Part shown: piece by piece, positions 57,601 to 64,000 of the stretch | Numbering within the stretch: the stretch's first letter is position 1 | Layout of the letters: each line of letters starts with the position of its first letter | Source: Macrostomum lignano | Taxonomy: Eukaryota | Direction: 5' to 3' | NCBI GenBank assembly: GCA_002269645.1 | Contig: NIVC01003873.1 | Location: 1 to 64,000 of the forward strand | DNA: 64,000 nt | Position numbers and translations under genes: made by a program | The notes under the pieces: generated by a model | The model's input: only the letters and a program-made list of their open reading frames with translations | What the model was told of the DNA's origin: nothing | Database searches by the model: none

Positions 57601-60600
57601 GGGAAACACACAGGGAGACAGAGGGAAACACACAGGGAGACAGAGGGAAACACACAGGGAGACAGAGGGAGACACACAGAGAGACAGGAGATACACAGGA
57701 GACAGAGGGAAACACACAGGGAGACAGAGGGAAACACACAGGGAGACAGAGGGAAACACACAGGGAGACAGAGGGAAACACACAGGAGACAGAGGGAAAC
57801 ACACAGGGAGACAGAGGGAAACACACAGGGAGACAGAGGGAGACACACAGGGAGACAGGAGATACACAGGAGACAGAGGAAACACACAGGAGACAGAGGG
57901 AAACACACAGGGAGACAGAGGGAAACACACAGGGAGACAGAGGGAAACACACAGGAGACAGAGGGAAACACACAGGGAGACAGAGGGAAACACACAGGGA
58001 GACAGAGGAAACACACAGGGAGACAGAGAGAAACACACAGGGAGACAGAGGGAAACACACAGGGAGACAGAGGGAAATACACAGGGAGACAGAGGGAAAC
58101 ACACAGGGAGACAGAGGGAAACACACAGGGAGACAGAGGGAAACACACAGGGAGACAGAGGGAAACACACAGGGAGACAGAGGGAGACACACAGAGAGAC
58201 AGGAGATACACAGGAGACAGAGGGAAACACACAGGGAGACAGAGGGAAACACACAGGGAGACAGAGGGAAACACACAGGGAGACAGAGGGAAACACACAG
58301 GGAGACAGAGGGAGACACACAGGGAGACAGAGGGAAACACACAGGGAGACAGAGGGAGACACACAGGGAGACAGAGGGAAACACACAGGGAGACAGAGGG
58401 AAACACACAGGGAGACAGAGGGAAACACACAGGGAGACAGAGGGAAACACACAGGGAGACAGAGGGAAACACACAGGGAGACAGAGGGAAACACACAGGG
58501 AGACAGAGGGAAACACACAGGGAGACAGAGGGAAACACACAGGGAGACAGGAGATACACAGGAGACAGAGGAAACACACAGGAGACAGAGGGAAACACAC
58601 AGGGAGACAGAGGGAAACACACAGGGAGACAGAGGGAAACACACAAGGAGACAGAGGGAAACACACAGGGAGACAGAGGGAGACACACAGGGAGACAGAG
58701 GGAAACACACAGGGAGACAGAGGGAAACACACAGGGAGACAGAGGGAAACACACAGGGAGACAGAGGGAAACACACAGGGAGACAGAGGGAGACACACAG
58801 GGAGACAGGAGATACACAGGAGACAGAGGGAAACACACAGGGAGACAGAGGAAACACACAGGGAGACAGAGGGAAACACACAAGGAGACAGAGGGAAACA
58901 CACAGGGAGACAGAGGGAGACACACAGGGAGACAGAGGGAAACACACAGGGAGACAGAGGGAAACACACAGGGAGACAGAGGGAAACACACAGGGAGACA
59001 GAGGGAGACACACAGGGAGACAGGAGATACACAGGAGACAGAGGAAACACACAGGAGACAGTGGGAAACACACAGGGAGACAGAGGGAAACACACAGGGA
59101 GACAGAGGGAAACACACAGGAGACAGAGGGAGACACACAGGGAGACAGAGGGAAACACACAGGGAGACAGAGGGAGACACACAGGGAGACAGGAGATACA
59201 CAGGAGACAGAGGAAACACACAGGAGACAGAGGGAAACACACAGGGAGACAGAGGGAAACACACAGGGAGACAGAGGGAAACACACAGGAGACAGAGGGA
59301 AACACACAGGGAGACAGAGGGAAACACACAGGGAGACAGAGGAAACACACAGGGAGACAGAGGGAAACACACAGGGAGACAGAGGGAAACACACAGGGAG
59401 ACAGAGGGAAACACACAGGGAGACAGAGGGAAACACACAGGGAGACAGAGGGAAACACACAGGGAGACAGAGGGAAACACACAGGGAGACAGAGGGAAAC
59501 ACACAGGGAGACAGAGGGAAAACACAGGGAGACAGAGGGAGACACACAGGGAGACAGAGGGAAACACACAGGGAGACAGAGGGAGACACACAGGGAGACA
59601 GAGGGAAACACACAGGGAGACAGAGGGAAACACACAGGGAGACAGAGGGAAACACACAGGGAGACAGAGGGAAACACACAGGGAGACAGAGGAAACACAC
59701 AGGGAGAAAGAGGGAAACACACAGAGAGACAGAGGGAAACACACAGGGAGACAGAGGGAAACACACAGGGAGACAGAGGGAAACACACAGGGAGACAGAG
59801 GGAAACACACAGGGAGACAGAGGGAAACACACAAGGAGACAGAGGGAAACACACAGGGAGACAGAGGGAGACACACAGGGAGACAGAGGGAAACACACAG
59901 GGAGACAGAGGGAAACACACAGGGAGACAGAGGGAAACACACAGGGAGACAGAGGGAAACACACAGGGAGACAGAGGAAACACACAGGGAGACAGAGGGA
60001 AACACACAGGGAGACAGAGGGAAACACACAGGGAGACAGAGGGAGACACACAGGGAGACAGGAGATACACAGGAGACAGAGGAAACACACAGGAGACAGA
60101 GGGAAACACACAGGGAGACAGAGGGAAACACACAGGGAGACAGAGGGAAACACACAGGGAGACAGACGGAAACACACAGGGAGACAGAGGGAAACACACA
60201 GGGAGACAGAGGGAAACACACAGGGAGACAGAGGGAAACACACAGGGAGACAGAGGGAAACACACAGGGAGACAGAGGGAAACACACAGGGAGACAGAGG
60301 GAAACACACAGGGAGACAGAGGGAGACACACAGAGAGACAGGAGATACACAGGAGACAGAGGGAAACACACAGGGAGACAGAGGGAAACACACAGGGAGA
60401 CAGAGGGAAACACACAGGGAGACAGAGGGAAACACACAGGAGACAGAGGGAAACACACAGGGAGACAGAGGGAAACACACAGGGAGACAGAGGGAGACAC
60501 ACAGGGAGACAGGAGATACACAGGAGACAGAGGAAACACACAGGAGACAGAGGGAAACACACAGGGAGACAGAGGGAAACACACAGGGAGACAGAGGGAA

Positions 60601-62790
60601 ACACACAGGAGACAGAGGGAAACACACAGGGAGACAGAGGGAAACACACAGGGAGACAGAGGAAACACACAGGGAGACAGAGGGAAACACACAGGGAGAC
60701 AGAGGGAAACACACAGGGAGACAGAGGGAAATACACAGGGAGACAGAGGGAAACACACAGGGAGACAGAGGGAAACACACAGGGAGACAGAGGGAAACAC
60801 ACAGGGAGACAGAGGGAAACACACAGGGAGACAGAGGGAGACACACAGAGAGACAGGAGATACACAGGAGACAGAGGGAAACACACAGGGAGACAGAGGG
60901 AAACACACAGGGAGACAGAGGGAAACACACAGGGAGACAGAGGGAAACACACAGGGAGACAGAGGGAGACACACAGGGAGACAGAGGGAAACACACAGGG
61001 AGACAGAGGGAGACACACAGGGAGACAGAGGGAAACACACAGGGAGACAGAGGGAAACACACAGGGAGACAGAGGGAAACACACAAGGAGACAGAGGGAA
61101 ACACACAGGGAGACAGAGGGAGACACACAGGGAGACAGAGGGAAACACACAGGGAGACAGAGGGAAACACACAGGGAGACAGAGGGAAACACACAGGGAG
61201 ACAGAGGGAAACACACAGGGAGACAGAGGAAACACACAGGGAGACAGAGGGAAACACACAGGGAGACAGAGGGAAACACACAGGGAGACAGAGGGAGACA
61301 CACAGGGAGACAGGAGATACACAGGAGACAGAGGAAACACAAAGGAGACAGAGGGAAACACACAGGGAGACAGAGGGAAACACACAGGGAGACAGAGGGA
61401 AACACACAGGGAGACAGAGGGAAACACACAGGGAGACAGAGGGAAACACACAGGGAGACAGAGGGAAACACACAGGGAGACAGAGGGAAACACACAGGGA
61501 GACAGAGGGAAACACACAGGGAGACAGAGGGAAACACACAGGGAGACAGAGGGAAACACACAGGGAGACAGAGGGAGACACACAGAGAGACAGGAGATAC
61601 ACAGGAGACAGAGGGAAACACACAGGGAGACAGAGGGAAACACACAGGGAGACAGAGGGAAACACACAGGGAGACAGAGGGAAACACACAGGAGACAGAG
61701 GGAAACACACAGGGAGACAGAGGGAAACACACAGGGAGACAGAGGGAGACACACAGGGAGACAGGAGATACACAGGAGACAGAGGAAACACACAGGAGAC
61801 AGAGGGAAACACACAGGGAGACAGAGGGAAACACACAGGGAGACAGAGGGAAACACACAGGAGACAGAGGGAAACACACAGGGAGACAGAGGGAAACACA
61901 CAGGGAGACAGAGGAAACACACAGGGAGACAGAGGGAAACACACAGGGAGACAGAGGGAAACACACAGGGAGACAGAGGGAAATACACAGGGAGACAGAG
62001 GGAAACACACAGGGAGACAGAGGGAAACACACAGGGAGACAGAGGGAAACACACAGGGAGACAGAGGGAAACACACAGGGAGACAGAGGGAGACACACAG
62101 AGAGACAGGAGATACACAGGAGACAGAGGGAAACACACAGGGAGACAGAGGGAAACACACAGGGAGACAGAGGGAAACACACAGGGAGACAGAGGGAAAC
62201 ACACAGGGAGACAGAGGGAGACACACAGGGAGACAGAGGGAAACACACAGGGAGACAGAGGGAGACACACAGGGAGACAGAGGGAAACACACAGGGAGAC
62301 AGAGGGAAACACACAGGGAGACAGAGGGAAACACACAGGGAGACAGAGGGAAACACACAGGGAGACAGAGGGAAACACACAGGGAGACAGAGGGAAACAC
62401 ACAGGGAGACAGAGAGAAACACACAGAGAGACAGAGGGAAACACACAGGGAGACAGAGGGAAACACACAGGGAGACAGAGGGAAACACACAGGGAGACAG
62501 AGGGAAACACACAGGGAGACAGAGAGAAACACACAGAGAGACAGAGGGAAACACACAGGGAGACAGAGGAAAAAACTGAGGGAGACAGAGGGAAACACAC
62601 AGGAGACAGAGGGAAACACACAGGGAGACAGAGGGAAACACACAGGGAGACAGAGGAAACACACAGGGAGACAGAGGGAAACACACAGGGAGACAGAGGG
62701 AAACACACAGGAGACAGAGGGAGACACAAAGGGAGATACACAGGAGACAGGAGACACACATAGACAGGGAAACACAGAGGGAGACACAGG
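54605..62790. repeat. ~8.2-kb purine/AC-strand satellite, 22-bp unit
   Basis: Unit GGGAGACAGAGGGAAACACACA, almost T-free on the + strand, with recurrent variant cassettes (GGAGATACACAGGAGAC). Confidence 0.97.
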
Positions 62791-63329
62791 AAAGGGACAA
62801 TGCTGAAAACAGTCAGTATGCAGGACATTATATTGCAATGATAACTCACCAGTAAATTAGCACAACCGAATTATCCAGCGTTTGCGCATTTTTCTCGTTC
62901 AAATTAGCTTAGAAGATTAAATAAGATTAATAAGATAATTACTAAACTTTTTCGACCTTCTAGAAAGACAGATAAATCTTCAGCCTGGGTTTTTGCTTCT
63001 TTTCGTTTGTATTTTTATAATCAAGCAAAAAGCACTGCACACGAGCACGCTATCTGGGGCGCCTCAAAAGCGTTCTATTGTTAAATATTCTGCAGTTTAC
63101 AGCCTGCCGATGCTGAGTAAGCGCGAAGGGTCAGGCGGTCAGTCCGGCCTCTCCATTCTATACTATAGGAGTACGCGTATTCAATATAGTTAGCTTGAGC
63201 TAGCTTACGAATTTGAGGGGCCGGTCGGGGTCACGGGACCCCCACCCTCGCTATCTCTCTCTCCTTCGCTTATAATAAGCATGGAGTTCTAAGGCTTGCA
63301 ACTGCCGGAATGGAACCTGCTTGTTTTGT

Positions 63330-64000
63330 GTCTCTCCGTCTCACTGGAGTCCACTCAGCATCTCGATCTCCATTTCACTGTCTCCATCTCACTCTCCATG
63401 TCACTGTCTCCCTCTCACTCTCCATCTCACTCTCCATGTTATTGTCTCCCTCTCACTCTCCACCTTACTGTCTCCCGCTCGCTCTCCGTCTCACTATCTC
63501 CATCTCACTCTCCATCTCACTGTCCATGTCACTGTCTCCATCTCACTCTCCCTCTCACTCTCCACCTTACTGTCTCCCGCTCGCTCTCCGTCTCACTATC
63601 TCCATCTCACTCTCCATCTCACTCTCCATGTCACTGTCTCCATCTCACTCTCCATGTCACTGTCTCCATCTCACTCTCCATGTCACTGTCTCCATCTCAC
63701 TCTCCATGTCACTGTCTCCATCTCACTCTCCATGTCACTGTCTCCATCTCACTCTCCATGTCACTGTCTCCATCTCACTCTCCATGTCACTGTCTCCATC
63801 TCACTCTCCATGTCACTGTCTCCATCTCACTCTCCATGTCACTGTCTCCATCTCACTCTCCATGTCACTGTCTCCATCTCACTCTCCATGTCACTGTCTC
63901 CATCTCACTCTCCATGTCACTGTCTCCATCTCACTCTCCATGTCACTGTCTCCATCTCACTCTCTCTCCCTGACTATCTCCATCTCACTATCCATCCCAA
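63330..64000. repeat. 26-bp pyrimidine-rich minisatellite (runs to the window end)
   Basis: Unit GTCTCCATCTCACTCTCCATGTCACT; perfect from ~63640 to 63960, degenerate before that. Confidence 0.92.

Noticed and set aside
54555-62849. Five 2500-2760-aa ORFs (Cys/Pro/Ser-rich or RETHRETEG repeats)
   Set aside because: They arise from the T-poor 22-bp satellite lacking stop codons in nearly all frames on both strands; no unique domains.

Overview
This is eukaryotic (metazoan, invertebrate-type) genomic DNA with GT-AG spliceosomal introns, no operons, and about one third of the window in tandem repeats. The short-unit minisatellites filling introns resemble repeat-rich free-living flatworm assemblies such as Macrostomum, but that organism call is inference only. 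Host genes: (1) a GVIN1/VLIG-type very large GTPase on the minus strand (4665 to off the left edge), broken by two compensating 1-nt indels; (2) an intronless 169-aa single-pass protein resembling KCNE/MinK (11345-11854, -); (3) a 3-exon GOLIM4-like type II membrane coiled-coil gene (38992 to 14306, -) with a ~22.6-kb first intron; (4) a 7-exon type I membrane protein with a galactose-binding/F-type-lectin-like segment and a PDZ-type tail (42685-49669, +); (5) an ORF carrying only the ACK1/TNK2 C-terminal MIG6-homology motif and UBA region (52314-53210, -). Mobile DNA: an apparently intact EnSpm/CACTA-class element (transposase plus a divergent 6-exon DUF4806-like gene), Harbinger-like, hAT-like and foldback MITEs, decayed LINE, Gypsy and MULE remnants. 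About a dozen tandem arrays are present, including a 183-bp satellite with an 8-monomer higher-order repeat and an 8-kb purine-strand satellite. The most unusual signal is a CpG-void, C-to-T-eroded transposon graveyard (~33-38 kb) with RIP-like polarity. No rRNA, tRNA or CRISPR array was found.
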